NCBI GenBank assembly: GCA_020058285.1
Contig: JAGVEL010000008.1
Span: 1 to 58,109, forward strand
Source of the DNA: Candidatus Omnitrophota bacterium
Lineage (GTDB): Bacteria > Omnitrophota > Gorgyraeia > JAHJTE01
Length of the DNA: 58,109 nucleotides
Direction of reading: 5' to 3'
The position numbers and the translations under genes were made by a program. The notes beneath the pieces are model-generated. The model searched no databases. It was not told the DNA's origin and worked only from the letters and a program-made list of their open reading frames with translations. The number at the start of each line of letters is the position of its first letter. The first letter of the stretch is position 1. Positions 42,283 through 52,345 of the stretch are shown here, piece after piece.

Positions 42283-43428
42283 TTAAAAAATAATTCGGTG
42301 CTTTGAAATATTGAGCATCAACCCAATGCAGAAATATGAAAGCAGTAAGGACGAGCCACCATAGCTAACAAAAGGTAGTGGCAGACCAACCACCGGCATA
42401 ATACCAGAGGTCATTGCAATATTAATCAAAATCTGAAACGAAAAAAAAGCAATTACCCCAACACTGATTAACCTCCCAAACGGATCATTGGCCTTTGAGG
42501 CAATGTCAATCATCCTCCAGATTAAAAAGAATAATAAAAAAAGTATAACTGCAGAACCGATAAACCCCCATTCCTCAGCAATAATTGAAAAAATAAAGTC
42601 GGTATGGCGTTCCGGTAAAAAATTAAGCTGATTCTGTGTGCCGGCAAGCCAACCCTTACCTAATAACTTACCAGAACCAATGGCAATCTTTGATTGAGTG
42701 ATTGTGTAACCCGCACCCAGGGGATCAATATTCGGATCTAAAAACACTAAAAAACGCGACTTTTGGTAAGCTTTTAGAAAATGCCAGAAAAAAGGAATCA
42801 CAGCTGCGCCTAACAATACAACGCTAGCAATAAATCTCTTAGGCACTTGAGCGCAAAAAATTATAGCGAATAATATTGGAATCAACACAATGCCTGAACC
42901 TAAATCCGGCTGCTTAATAATAAAAACTGCTGGCAACATTACAAGAAAAATAGGAACAAGCATCATCTTAAAAAATATGAAAAATCCGGAATGATATATG
43001 CTCTCGGAAAAATGATATGACATAAGCCGAGTGAAGTAACGTGCCAGAATAATAATTATTGAAATCTTCACTAATTCTGAAGGTTGAAGCGAAAAAATTC
43101 CTAAATCAAACCAACGTTTTGCCCCAGATCTTTCCACGCCGACTACAAGTACCAAAAACAAAAGTATCACGCTGCTGACGTATAGAAACCAAGCCAAGTC
43201 CCAAAAATGGTGATAATTAAAATTAGCCATAAAAATTGCCAAGATTAAACTTAACAATAACCAGATTGCTTGTTTTATCCAAAACGTATTGGATAGACTT
43301 GATAAATCATCTGAATAATTTATATTAGCTTTGCCCGGATAATGTGTCGCACTATATATTGACATAATCCCAACAAGGCTAATAAGTATTGTTATGGCGA
43401 ATAATCCCCAATCAAAATCTCTGGTCAT
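42283..43428 (-). CDS. rodA: Peptidoglycan glycosyltransferase RodA (SEDS family)
   Basis: It is a polytopic FtsW/RodA/SpoVE protein (QPSELVKI, DFIFSIIAEEWGFIG, LPFVSYGGSS). Confidence 0.9.
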   Translation of the reverse strand: MTRDFDWGLFAITILISLVGIMSIYSATHYPGKANINYSDDLSSLSNTFWIKQAIWLLLSLILAIFMANFNYHHFWDLAWFLYVSSVILLFLVLVVGVERSGAKRWFDLGIFSLQPSELVKISIIIILARYFTRLMSYHFSESIYHSGFFIFFKMMLVPIFLVMLPAVFIIKQPDLGSGIVLIPILFAIIFCAQVPKRFIASVVLLGAAVIPFFWHFLKAYQKSRFLVFLDPNIDPLGAGYTITQSKIAIGSGKLLGKGWLAGTQNQLNFLPERHTDFIFSIIAEEWGFIGSAVILFLLFFLIWRMIDIASKANDPFGRLISVGVIAFFSFQILINIAMTSGIMPVVGLPLPFVSYGGSSLLLSYFCIGLMLNISKHRIIF

Positions 43429-43435
43429 AATTATC

Positions 43436-45184
43436 CTATTTAAGCGGTAATATCTTCTCTGCGAGCATTTCCTTAAATAAATCGCGGGCTAACATTGCGG
43501 CAATAAAACTGCCTTCGCAATTTTCTAAAAATACAACAAAAGCTACTTTTGGCTGATCCTTGGGAAAAAATCCCGCTATCCAACCATGTTTACGCCCCAA
43601 ACCAACCTGGGCTGTGCCGGTTTTTGCGCAAATTTCTAATCCCGGTATTTCTAAAATGCGCGCTGAGCCTGTTTCGTCACCGACCACGCCGCGCATAGAC
43701 TGTTTTAAAAAATCTAGGAATTTGGGATCAATATCAATCTTCATTGGCCGCTTGTAAACAATCTTTTTTCCGGCTACCTCTTTAACTAAATGGGGTTTGA
43801 CGAGATAGCCGGAGTTAGCCACTGCGCTGGCCATACGCAAAACCTGAATAGGCGTAAGTAATAATCCTCCTTGGCCGATAGAAAGATTTGCAGTATCGCC
43901 TTGATACCAGCCTTGATTACTAAATTCCATTCGCCCTCTCGGAGATGGAATAAATCCTGTCACCTCATTCGGTAAATCAATGCCTGTTGGTTTACCGAGT
44001 TGAAAAACCTTAGTGTAATCTGACAAATATTCTGCGCCAACAACTAAACCAACATTAAAAAAATAAACATTACAAGAATGTATGATCGCATTTCGTAAAT
44101 CCTGATCATTATGAGTTGACCAGCATTTAAAATCTCTACGGCCAATAGTCTTATGACCAGGACAGAAAAAATGTGTATTAAAATTAATCTTTTTGCTAGT
44201 TAGGCCGGATAGAGTTGTAATAATTTTAAAAACCGAACCGGGTGGATATTGTCCACTGACTGCTCGATCAAAAAGCGGTGCAGCTGAATCTTTCAAATAT
44301 TCAGAGCGTAACCGATTATCCCTTTTTTTTAAAAAAACATTCGGATCAAATGTTGGAGAACTAGCCAGCGCAAAAATGTCGCCGTTAGACGGATCCATCA
44401 AGATAACTGCTCCCCGCCTATTTTCTAAAAGATTCTGAAGTATCTTTTGTATCCTTATATCAATTGTCAGTGAAACACTTTTGCCTTCGCGCGGCGTGCG
44501 CACGCCCACTAAATTAATCTGCCGGCCGCGATTATCAACCTCAATAAGCATTCCTCCGTCTTCGCCACGCAAAAACTTATCTAAATACTTCTCAATTCCG
44601 CTGACCCCAACATTCTGAACTGCAGAAAAACCATAACCTTCAAAACTACCAAAGACAGTCTCGGGCTTTCCCAGGTAACCTAAGACATGGCTGGCGACTG
44701 AGCCAAAATTATAATTTCGTTTTGGTTCATATTCAATAATCAGTCCCGGGAGCTTATTTCTCTTCTCACCGATTAAAAGTGCTCTCTCTCTATCCACATC
44801 CTCGGCAACAACTACCGGGGCAAACGGCGCAGAGAAATTGCTTTTGAATCTTAATTCCAGGGACTCTTTGGATTCTGCTAAAATACGGCTCAGTTCGCTA
44901 AAAGTCGCTGAACGCGATTTTAAATCCTGAGGAATGATTGCGATATTGAGCGAGACGCGGTCTTCAGCCAATATAACGCCATTAGTGTCTAAAATTTTCC
45001 CGCGCAGGCCATTTTGGGGGATAATCCGCACCGCATTACGCTGGCTTTGTATTCTAAGGCTTTCGCCTTTTATAATCTGTAAAAAGAATAATCGCGAAAG
45101 CACAATCGCAAATATTGCAAAGATTAGACTGTAAAAAATTCTGAAGCGCATTTTTTCAATATATATATTACCGGAATTGACCAA
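43436..45184 (-). CDS. mrdA: Penicillin-binding protein 2 (elongasome transpeptidase)
   Basis: It has the SxxK (GSVFK), SxN (HSCN) and KTG (AKTGTAQ) motifs. An alternative start lies at the ATG at 45151. Confidence 0.88.
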   Translation of the reverse strand: MVNSGNIYIEKMRFRIFYSLIFAIFAIVLSRLFFLQIIKGESLRIQSQRNAVRIIPQNGLRGKILDTNGVILAEDRVSLNIAIIPQDLKSRSATFSELSRILAESKESLELRFKSNFSAPFAPVVVAEDVDRERALLIGEKRNKLPGLIIEYEPKRNYNFGSVASHVLGYLGKPETVFGSFEGYGFSAVQNVGVSGIEKYLDKFLRGEDGGMLIEVDNRGRQINLVGVRTPREGKSVSLTIDIRIQKILQNLLENRRGAVILMDPSNGDIFALASSPTFDPNVFLKKRDNRLRSEYLKDSAAPLFDRAVSGQYPPGSVFKIITTLSGLTSKKINFNTHFFCPGHKTIGRRDFKCWSTHNDQDLRNAIIHSCNVYFFNVGLVVGAEYLSDYTKVFQLGKPTGIDLPNEVTGFIPSPRGRMEFSNQGWYQGDTANLSIGQGGLLLTPIQVLRMASAVANSGYLVKPHLVKEVAGKKIVYKRPMKIDIDPKFLDFLKQSMRGVVGDETGSARILEIPGLEICAKTGTAQVGLGRKHGWIAGFFPKDQPKVAFVVFLENCEGSFIAAMLARDLFKEMLAEKILPLK

Positions 45185-45615
45185 ATAGCAGTTAACAACG
45201 ATCCTAAAAAGAAAATTCTTAACACTGGCAGGAGAAAATATTGCCTTCCGGCTAAGATTACATGCAGCATATTATTCAAAAATAGATTAATAAAACAAAC
45301 ACACAACACAAATAAAAATAAGGTTGAGGTCCTTTCTTTTAAGAAGAATCTTACCTCTAAGTATTTTAAGCCGATGCTGATTAAAGAGTAGCTTAATAAA
45401 TTCAACCCGAATAAATCAAAGGAAACTAAATCCTTAAGCCCGCCTAAGAGCACCGCCCAGAAAAAAGAACGCAAGCCTTTGCTGTATAAACTTAAAAAAA
45501 TGACAATGATAAGCAAGAAATCAGGGCGTACGGAAAATAGTGTTAGGCTGGACGGATAGGTAAGTTGCAAAAAAATCAAAAATAAACTCAAAACACTTAG
45601 TACTAGATTTATCAT
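45124..45615 (-). CDS. mreD: Rod shape-determining protein MreD
   Basis: It is a small polytopic membrane protein located between mreC and mrdA. Confidence 0.7.
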   Translation of the reverse strand: MINLVLSVLSLFLIFLQLTYPSSLTLFSVRPDFLLIIVIFLSLYSKGLRSFFWAVLLGGLKDLVSFDLFGLNLLSYSLISIGLKYLEVRFFLKERTSTLFLFVLCVCFINLFLNNMLHVILAGRQYFLLPVLRIFFLGSLLTAIWSIPVIYILKKCASEFFTV

Positions 45616-45649
45616 AAAAAAGTCTCAAAGATTTTTCAATAAATTAAAA

Positions 45650-46432
45650 TTAAGGAATAATTATTAATACTTCAGTAAGTTTAGCCAATTCCTCTACAGG
45701 GCTTACTAAACAATATTTACCTACGCCTGAAGACTCCTCGCCAACAAATTTGACTTTTCCAACAATCAGGCCAGGAGGAAAAACGCTTTTGCTTGTCTCC
45801 AGGGTTAAGCCGCTAGTTAAAACTGTATCACCTACTGCTATATCATCCTTGCGGGAAAGAAAATGCAAGCGGCAATCTCCAAAAAGAGAACCGGTTAATA
45901 AACCCTGTACACGTGAACGTTCTAAAAAACAAGCAGAATTAAAATTCGGATCATTAACTAAAAGAACGCGGGAAGTAGTTAAGCCTGTTTCAGCCACAAT
46001 CCCCACCAACCCTTTTTGGCCGATGACTACTGCATCCTCCCTCACTTTATCTTGCCGGCCTTTATTAATAATAACCGTAGATGCCCAATTGTCCGGGTCG
46101 CGGGCAATGACCTGAGCCGCAACAAGATAAAATTTACTGGATTTTTTCAAATCTAGCAAGCCGGTTAAGCGATCATTCTCGTTCTTCATCTCTATTAGAT
46201 GTCCAACCTCATAATTTAGAAGAGTATTTTCTGTTTTTAAACGTAAATTTTCAGCGCTTATCCTTTGTGAAGAAATTATTAGATTAGAAATTTTTGCGGG
46301 ATAGGTAAATATCTCTAAGAAGGTTTTAAGGGAATCGAAAACTATTATACGCTGCGGGCCAAATTCAGAAACAATGATTAATACGAGGAAGAAAAAAGAG
46401 ATTAAAGGAATGAGGTTTTTTATTCTTATCAC
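45650..46432 (-). CDS. mreC: Rod shape-determining protein MreC
   Basis: It has an N-terminal TM segment, a coiled coil and beta-barrel domains (VIARDPDNW...VINKG..D.V....VV...GLVG.V). Confidence 0.85.
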   Translation of the reverse strand: MIRIKNLIPLISFFFLVLIIVSEFGPQRIIVFDSLKTFLEIFTYPAKISNLIISSQRISAENLRLKTENTLLNYEVGHLIEMKNENDRLTGLLDLKKSSKFYLVAAQVIARDPDNWASTVIINKGRQDKVREDAVVIGQKGLVGIVAETGLTTSRVLLVNDPNFNSACFLERSRVQGLLTGSLFGDCRLHFLSRKDDIAVGDTVLTSGLTLETSKSVFPPGLIVGKVKFVGEESSGVGKYCLVSPVEELAKLTEVLIIIP

Positions 46433-46470
46433 ACTTTGGGATTAACCGGGACAAATTTTATTTAAAGAAT

Positions 46471-47562
46471 CTAAAGCTCGGATCTGACATTAACCATTAC
46501 ACGCCTTAGATATTTAATCTCACTTAATGCCTTGCCTGTGCCTAAAGCTACGGCGGTCATCGGATCATCGGCAATATGTACAGCCAGACCAGTCTCTTCA
46601 GCGATTAATCTATCTATGCCGCGAAGAAGCGAACCGCCTCCGGCCATTACCACGCCTCGTTCTATCAAATCCGCAGCTAATTCTGGCGGAATTCTCTCCA
46701 GGCTAATCTTTACTACATCTAATATTGCCCGAATCGGTTCTTTCAGCGCCTCTCTAATCTCCTCGCTGGTTATGGTAATCATCTTCGGCAACCCCGCAAC
46801 CAAGTCTCTTCCCTTGACTTCCAGGGTTAATTCTTCTTCCAAGGGGTAAGCTGAACCGATTTTTATTTTTATATCTTCAGCAGTGCGTTCACCAATTAAC
46901 AAATTGTAACTTTTCTTGATATATTCAATTATCGACATGTCCATTTCATCGCCACCAATGCGAATCGATTTAGAGAATACTATGCCAGCAAGCGAAATGA
47001 TTGCAATCTCAGTAGTTCCGCCGCCAACATCAACTATCATATTCGCTGTCGGCTCTTGAATCGGTAAACCAACACCAATCGCTGCAGCCATGGGTTCCTC
47101 TATTAAGTATATCTCGCGTGCGCCAGCTCTAACCGCTGAATCCCGGACCGCTCTTCTTTCCACTTCGGTGATTCCAGAAGGAATTGCCACTATAAGCCTT
47201 GGCCCAAATAATACTCTTCTTTTCTGAACCTTGCGGATAAAATAACGAAGCATTGCTTCAGTAATATCAAAATCAGCTATAACACCGTCACGCATTGGCC
47301 TTATTGCCACAATATTTCCCGGAGTGCGGCCTAACATTCTTTTTGCCTCATCACCAACAGCCAAAACATGTGAAGTATCTTTTTCGATAGCCACAACAGA
47401 AGGTTCGCACAACACTACTCCCTCGCCTTTTACGAAAACCAGAGTTGTTGCTGTACCTAAGTCTATTCCCATATCATTGGAAAAAAGACCAGCAAAATAA
47501 CTAAATACAGCGTCAAAAGCACGTTTCACTATTTTTAATACCGCAAATATTTTCTTAACCAA
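46471..47562 (-). CDS. mreB: Rod shape-determining protein MreB
   Basis: It has the actin fold, with [23 protein letters not shown] and GGGSLLRG. Confidence 0.92.
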   Translation of the reverse strand: MVKKIFAVLKIVKRAFDAVFSYFAGLFSNDMGIDLGTATTLVFVKGEGVVLCEPSVVAIEKDTSHVLAVGDEAKRMLGRTPGNIVAIRPMRDGVIADFDITEAMLRYFIRKVQKRRVLFGPRLIVAIPSGITEVERRAVRDSAVRAGAREIYLIEEPMAAAIGVGLPIQEPTANMIVDVGGGTTEIAIISLAGIVFSKSIRIGGDEMDMSIIEYIKKSYNLLIGERTAEDIKIKIGSAYPLEEELTLEVKGRDLVAGLPKMITITSEEIREALKEPIRAILDVVKISLERIPPELAADLIERGVVMAGGGSLLRGIDRLIAEETGLAVHIADDPMTAVALGTGKALSEIKYLRRVMVNVRSEL

Positions 47563-47648
47563 GCTTCACCTTCCTATGATTAATGCTACTAGACATTAAT
47601 ACACATAACTATATCAAAGTCAGCAAGTTGTGTCAATTGAAATTTAGT

Positions 47649-48962
47649 TCACCCCTTAATTGAATTCAGCGCCTTAAAAAAGTCCGGGAAAGATTTACTA
47701 ATACAATCCGTATCATCCAGATAGCTTGTTTTCTTAGTGCAAAGGCTGGCAATAACCATTGACATCGCAGTACGATGGTCAGAAAAACTCTTTAAGCAAG
47801 CAGAATGTAGTTCTTCTCTACCTTTGATTAAAATATTTTCGCAATTTTTATTTTTTTCAACCTTAATCTCTACTCCCATATTCTTAAGATTATAAACCAT
47901 TGACTTTATTCTATCAGCCTCTTTTACTTTAAGTTCTTCTGCGCCGCAGATACGCGTTGTGCCGTAGGCAAGGCTCGCCGCAACCATAAATATCGGCAGC
48001 TCATCGATTAATAACGGAATTTCATCTGAAGTAATTTTTGTAGCCTGCAGTTTAGAATACCTTATATTAATATCTGCAACTGGCTCAAAAGGCCATAAAT
48101 CATTTCGGATATTCGTTAATTTAATATTAGCTTTCATTCTCTTTAAAACTTTCAACAAACCAATCCGGGTAGGATTAATACTAACATTTTTAATCCTAAG
48201 GTTGGAACCGACTAACAAAAGTGTCCCGACAATAAAAAATGCTGCAGATGAGAAATCGCCGGGTATATCAATCTCTTTAGGCGCTACTAGAATTCTTGAC
48301 GGACCAATTAATGTAATACGGTTTTTTATTACAGAAATATTTGCCCCAAATCTAGCCAGTATCCTCTCGGTGTGATCACGGGTCTTAACTTTTTCAATTA
48401 TTTTGGTAGCGCCTTTTGCAGATAAGCCTGCCAAAAGTATTGCTGATTTTACCTGGGCGCTGGCAACAGGAAGTGTATACTCAATCGACTTTAGGTTTCC
48501 TCCCTCAATTAGTAATGGCGGATAAATTTCTTGCTCTGAATCTGAACCTCTAACCTTCGCCCCCATTTGCGTCAAGGGTTTAATGATTCTCTTCATCGGC
48601 CGCTTAGACAAAGAACTACCTGCCTTAAGCAAACACTTACAATTTTTGCCAGCTAACAATCCAGCTAAAAGCCGATAGGTTGTACCGGAATCTCCCAGGA
48701 ATAAACTCTTGGGAAAATTTAAGCCTTCAAGGCCTACTCCGTAAATATCAATAACACATGCTCTAGATTGCTTAATCTTAACGCCTAACTTGCGCATCGC
48801 CTGAAGGCTAGATAGACAATCTTGAGAAGGGTAAAAATTTTTTATCCTGACTTTTCGACTTGTGAGAGAGCTTAAGATTATCGCCCGGTGGGAAATTGAT
48901 TTATCGCCGCCTAAGGTTAGATGGCCGACAAGTTTACGCGCAGGGTAAATAGCCTTAATCAT
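47649..48962 (-). CDS. aroA: 3-phosphoshikimate 1-carboxyvinyltransferase (EPSP synthase)
   Basis: It contains GDKSISHRA, LGDSGTTYRLL and SDHRTAMS. Confidence 0.88.
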   Translation of the reverse strand: MIKAIYPARKLVGHLTLGGDKSISHRAIILSSLTSRKVRIKNFYPSQDCLSSLQAMRKLGVKIKQSRACVIDIYGVGLEGLNFPKSLFLGDSGTTYRLLAGLLAGKNCKCLLKAGSSLSKRPMKRIIKPLTQMGAKVRGSDSEQEIYPPLLIEGGNLKSIEYTLPVASAQVKSAILLAGLSAKGATKIIEKVKTRDHTERILARFGANISVIKNRITLIGPSRILVAPKEIDIPGDFSSAAFFIVGTLLLVGSNLRIKNVSINPTRIGLLKVLKRMKANIKLTNIRNDLWPFEPVADINIRYSKLQATKITSDEIPLLIDELPIFMVAASLAYGTTRICGAEELKVKEADRIKSMVYNLKNMGVEIKVEKNKNCENILIKGREELHSACLKSFSDHRTAMSMVIASLCTKKTSYLDDTDCISKSFPDFFKALNSIKG

Positions 48963-49723
48963 TTTTTTATTACCCTTGCGCCTTCTTTTAAAGAATCAAC
49001 TTTTAGATTAGGCAAAAAGTCAGCTGCAGATAAAGACTCATAAATTTTTTCTACCTTTACCTGGCCTATGTCCTTTTCCTTATTATTCAAACAAACAAAG
49101 ATATCGCCGACTTTAACTCCGTCTTTTTCTCCAAGATCAATTATTAAAAATTTCATCTTTTTATCAATGGACACTATCTGCCCGGATAATGGCTGACTAA
49201 TACCCGGAGTTTTGCCCGGGGTAACAACTATTCTTTCTAGTTTAACCGTCTCTTTGTTCTGCTGCTCTAGGCTTGATATCTTCGTCACTAAATCATCCTT
49301 TTCCTTCTTTAAGGTTTCTAGCTGCTTCTTATCCTGCTCTATTTGGCTCTTTAAATCATCAATACTTTTAGAGTATTGCGTATTCTTACTCTGGGCATTA
49401 TTTAAATCATTCTTCACACTATTTATTGTATCAGCAAGGGCCTTTTTCTCATCTTCTAAGCTGGTAATAGTCGCATTAAGGCTCTTTAATTTAGCTTCTG
49501 AGTCAGATAATGTTCCATTAAGGCGGGCTATTTCTTGGCGCGAACCATCTAAAGAAGCAGAAATGGTTTTATTTTCATTAAGCACTTCGTTTAATCTTGC
49601 ACTAACGATTGTATTCTTCTGGATTTGTTGCTGAAGAAGAAAAGCAGCAACACTGGCTAAAGCAAGAGAAATAAACACCAGAATTATTAAAACAACTTTT
49701 AATAACTTGCCGGACATTGCCAT
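48959..49723 (-). CDS. Membrane-anchored coiled-coil protein of unknown function
   Basis: I start at the ATG at 49723 (MAMSGKLLKVVLIILVF), which is preceded by AAGGAGG, because the track's upstream extension covers the conserved 5'-UTR motif. It has one TM segment, ~130 aa of coiled coil and a small C-terminal beta-domain. Confidence 0.6.
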   Translation of the reverse strand: MAMSGKLLKVVLIILVFISLALASVAAFLLQQQIQKNTIVSARLNEVLNENKTISASLDGSRQEIARLNGTLSDSEAKLKSLNATITSLEDEKKALADTINSVKNDLNNAQSKNTQYSKSIDDLKSQIEQDKKQLETLKKEKDDLVTKISSLEQQNKETVKLERIVVTPGKTPGISQPLSGQIVSIDKKMKFLIIDLGEKDGVKVGDIFVCLNNKEKDIGQVKVEKIYESLSAADFLPNLKVDSLKEGARVIKK

Positions 49724-49730
49724 ATTTGGC

Positions 49731-49760
49731 CTCCTTAATTTGCCATCTGATTTGTGTCTG
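49731..49760 (-). promoter_or_regulatory. Conserved 30-nt 5'-UTR motif (copy B)
   Basis: See copy A at 40401-40430. A promoter with TGGTATAAT (extended -10, hexamer at 49784-49789) lies ~25 nt upstream. Confidence 0.6.
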
Positions 49761-49827
49761 TGAATCAATAACTTATTTAACCTATTATACCAAATCTTAA
49801 TCCTAACTCAATTACTAAAATTTAAAT

Positions 49828-50733
49828 TTACTTCTTACCCAAGCCGTCTAAAAATTCGCTAAACTCACCTGGCATTGGAGAATGAAATTCGATTTCTTTG
49901 TTAGTCTTAGGATGGATAAACTTTAAAGCTTTTGCATGTAGGCATAAACGGTTAAATTTAATCCGGCTGCCATATTTTTTATCGCCTAAAATCGGATGGC
50001 CCAAATATTTCATATGCACTCTTAATTGATGTGTGCGGCCGGTAACCGGATATAATTCAACTAAGCTGAAATCAGAAAAACGCTTAATCACCTTGTAAGT
50101 AGTAGTCGCGCCCCGTGCACAGGAATAGTCAACCTTCATCTTTTCTCTATTGCGCGGATCAGGCGCAATTGGCGCATCAATCTCACCCTGATCAAATTGC
50201 ACCTGGCCTTCGACTATCGCCAGGTAAACTTTCTTTACGCTGTGGTTTTTGAATTGATTAACCAGATTCATATGAGCCGGATTATTTCTGGCTATTACTA
50301 CCAAGCCAGACGTATCCTTATCTAATCTGTGAACTATGCCTGGGCGCTGCGGATCAATGCTGGAAAGTTGTTGCGTATAAGAAACTAAAGCGTTGGCTAA
50401 GGTGTTATCCTTATTGCCTGCCCCAGGATGGACAGACAAGCCAGTTGGTTTATCTACAATAATTATATCGTCGTCCTCGTAAATAATCTTTAAATCAAGC
50501 GGGGTAGGATTAAGTGTCAGTTCTTTTTCTACGGGTAGTTCACCGGTTAATCTATCGCTAGACTTAACTTTATGGCTGGGCTTAACGATTTTTTCATTTA
50601 GCATTACCTTATTTTCAATAATGATTTTTTTAATTATATTTCTGGAGAACTCCTGGCCTAAATATTTAGTTAAGATTGTATCCAGGCGCAGGCCTTCATC
50701 TTCACTATTAACCACAAAATTAAATGTTTTCAT
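49828..50733 (-). CDS. rluD: 23S rRNA pseudouridine synthase, RluA/RluD family
   Basis: It has an S4 domain and the catalytic HRLDKDTSG motif. Confidence 0.88.
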   Translation of the reverse strand: MKTFNFVVNSEDEGLRLDTILTKYLGQEFSRNIIKKIIIENKVMLNEKIVKPSHKVKSSDRLTGELPVEKELTLNPTPLDLKIIYEDDDIIIVDKPTGLSVHPGAGNKDNTLANALVSYTQQLSSIDPQRPGIVHRLDKDTSGLVVIARNNPAHMNLVNQFKNHSVKKVYLAIVEGQVQFDQGEIDAPIAPDPRNREKMKVDYSCARGATTTYKVIKRFSDFSLVELYPVTGRTHQLRVHMKYLGHPILGDKKYGSRIKFNRLCLHAKALKFIHPKTNKEIEFHSPMPGEFSEFLDGLGKK

Positions 50734-51481
50734 GGACTATTTTGTTCTGGCGCCGTCGAAGTATTAAATATAAAATTATTCCAGCAAAAATTGAGATTAG
50801 TGAAAAGATTTGATAAAGGCTAATGTTTATCAGAGTAGGTATAGTATCCCCTCTAAAAAATTCCGTGAGGAAACGCTCTAGCCCGCAAAGCAGGAAATAT
50901 AACGAAAATACTTTTCCGGAAAAATTTCCCTTTTGTCTCTGGATAAATTTTAGAATAATAAAAATTAAAAATAGACCAAAGCTGGAAATTAGTTGCGTAG
51001 GATAAACTTTTTGGGAAAGGTTTGCCAGATATATGCCAAATGAAGAATCGGTGGGCTTACCAAAACAACAACCATTTAAAAAACAACCTATCCGGCCAAT
51101 GCTTTGAGCCAGGGCAATGTAAGGAACGCAAATATCAACCAGGATAAAAAATGATATTTTATATAATCTTGAAATCGCAATAAAAGCAAAAATTGCAAAA
51201 ACCAGGCCCCCGAACCAAGAAAGCCCACCGTGATAAATTTTTACTAGTTCTAAAGGATTACTGATAAAAAAAGTAATATTGGTCAAGATATAAAGCAACC
51301 TTGCCCCGATTATCGCAGTAATTAATACCCAGAAATATAAATCATAAAATATTCTGGAATCTAAGCCTTGCCGCCTGCCTTCCTTAATTATAAAAATAAG
51401 GCAGGCTAAAGAACCCAGCGCAAACATCAGGCCGTAAGAGTAAATTGTAATTGGTCCTATTTGACAAATTATCGGATGCAT
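50720..51481 (-). CDS. lgt: Prolipoprotein diacylglyceryl transferase
   Basis: It contains YGLMFALG and GRIGCFLNGCCFGKPT, and is polytopic. Confidence 0.9.
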   Translation of the reverse strand: MHPIICQIGPITIYSYGLMFALGSLACLIFIIKEGRRQGLDSRIFYDLYFWVLITAIIGARLLYILTNITFFISNPLELVKIYHGGLSWFGGLVFAIFAFIAISRLYKISFFILVDICVPYIALAQSIGRIGCFLNGCCFGKPTDSSFGIYLANLSQKVYPTQLISSFGLFLIFIILKFIQRQKGNFSGKVFSLYFLLCGLERFLTEFFRGDTIPTLINISLYQIFSLISIFAGIILYLILRRRQNKIVHENI

Positions 51482-51488
51482 ATAATTT

Positions 51489-51977
51489 TTAGTGTTTAGC
51501 AGTTAAGGTTGGTTGCTTTTTAAATATGAGTGTAAAAATTAACAAGCTGACCCCAATTGTTATCGCGGAATCAGCTAAATTAAATACCGGCCAGATTCTA
51601 AAATCCAAAAAATCAACTACGAAACCGTAAGTAAGCCTATCGACTAAATTGCCTACTGCTCCGGCTAAAATAAGCGAAAGAGAATAAAAATAAATCCGAT
51701 TAACAGACTTTAAGTTTAAAAATATATAGATGATTATAAAAATTGCACAAAAAGAAAAAAATACAAAAAATGGGGCGAGATTCTTAAATAACCCAAAGGC
51801 GCTCCCTGTATTTGCTACGAGGCTTAAGTTAAATATAGAGCGAACTACGGGTAGACTTTGACCAAAAGTTAAATTTTCGAGAATTATTTTTTTAGAAAAA
51901 AAATCAAGAAGGAATATCAGGAAGGCAAACAGAAAAAACTTTACTTTCTCTCCAACTTTTCCTGGCATTTTTTGCAT
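51489..51977 (-). CDS. lspA: Lipoprotein signal peptidase II
   Basis: It contains NTGSAFG, GNLVDR and FNLADS. Confidence 0.9.
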   Translation of the reverse strand: MQKMPGKVGEKVKFFLFAFLIFLLDFFSKKIILENLTFGQSLPVVRSIFNLSLVANTGSAFGLFKNLAPFFVFFSFCAIFIIIYIFLNLKSVNRIYFYSLSLILAGAVGNLVDRLTYGFVVDFLDFRIWPVFNLADSAITIGVSLLIFTLIFKKQPTLTAKH

Positions 51978-52327
51978 AGCCGTGTATAGGGTAATGCCTT
52001 AAGCCTGGTTTTGGCAATAGATTTAGAACAACTCTCACAGGCACCAAAAGTCCCGTCATCTATACGTTTTAAAGAATCCTCTATCTCAAATAGCACCTTT
52101 TGATCGCTAGAAGCTATACCTAAGGAAAATTCACGATCATAGCTATCTGTAGCAATATCTGCCATATGCAAGGTATAGGCGCTTATATCGCCTGCTGCAT
52201 CGCGCTGTGATTGATTCAAGGCGTCTTCTTTTATATGGCGCAATTCCTCTTGTATCTCTTCTTTTCTTTTTAAAATTAGCTTCTTAAAATTCTTTAAATC
52301 GGTCTTTGAAAATTTCTTTTTAGTCAT
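51941..52327 (-). CDS. DksA/TraR-family C4 zinc-finger protein
   Basis: It has a coiled-coil N-terminus and CESC-x17-CKKC. Confidence 0.8.
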   Translation of the reverse strand: MTKKKFSKTDLKNFKKLILKRKEEIQEELRHIKEDALNQSQRDAAGDISAYTLHMADIATDSYDREFSLGIASSDQKVLFEIEDSLKRIDDGTFGACESCSKSIAKTRLKALPYTRLCKKCQEKLERK

Positions 52328-52345
52328 CTCGAAGAGTCTCCTTTT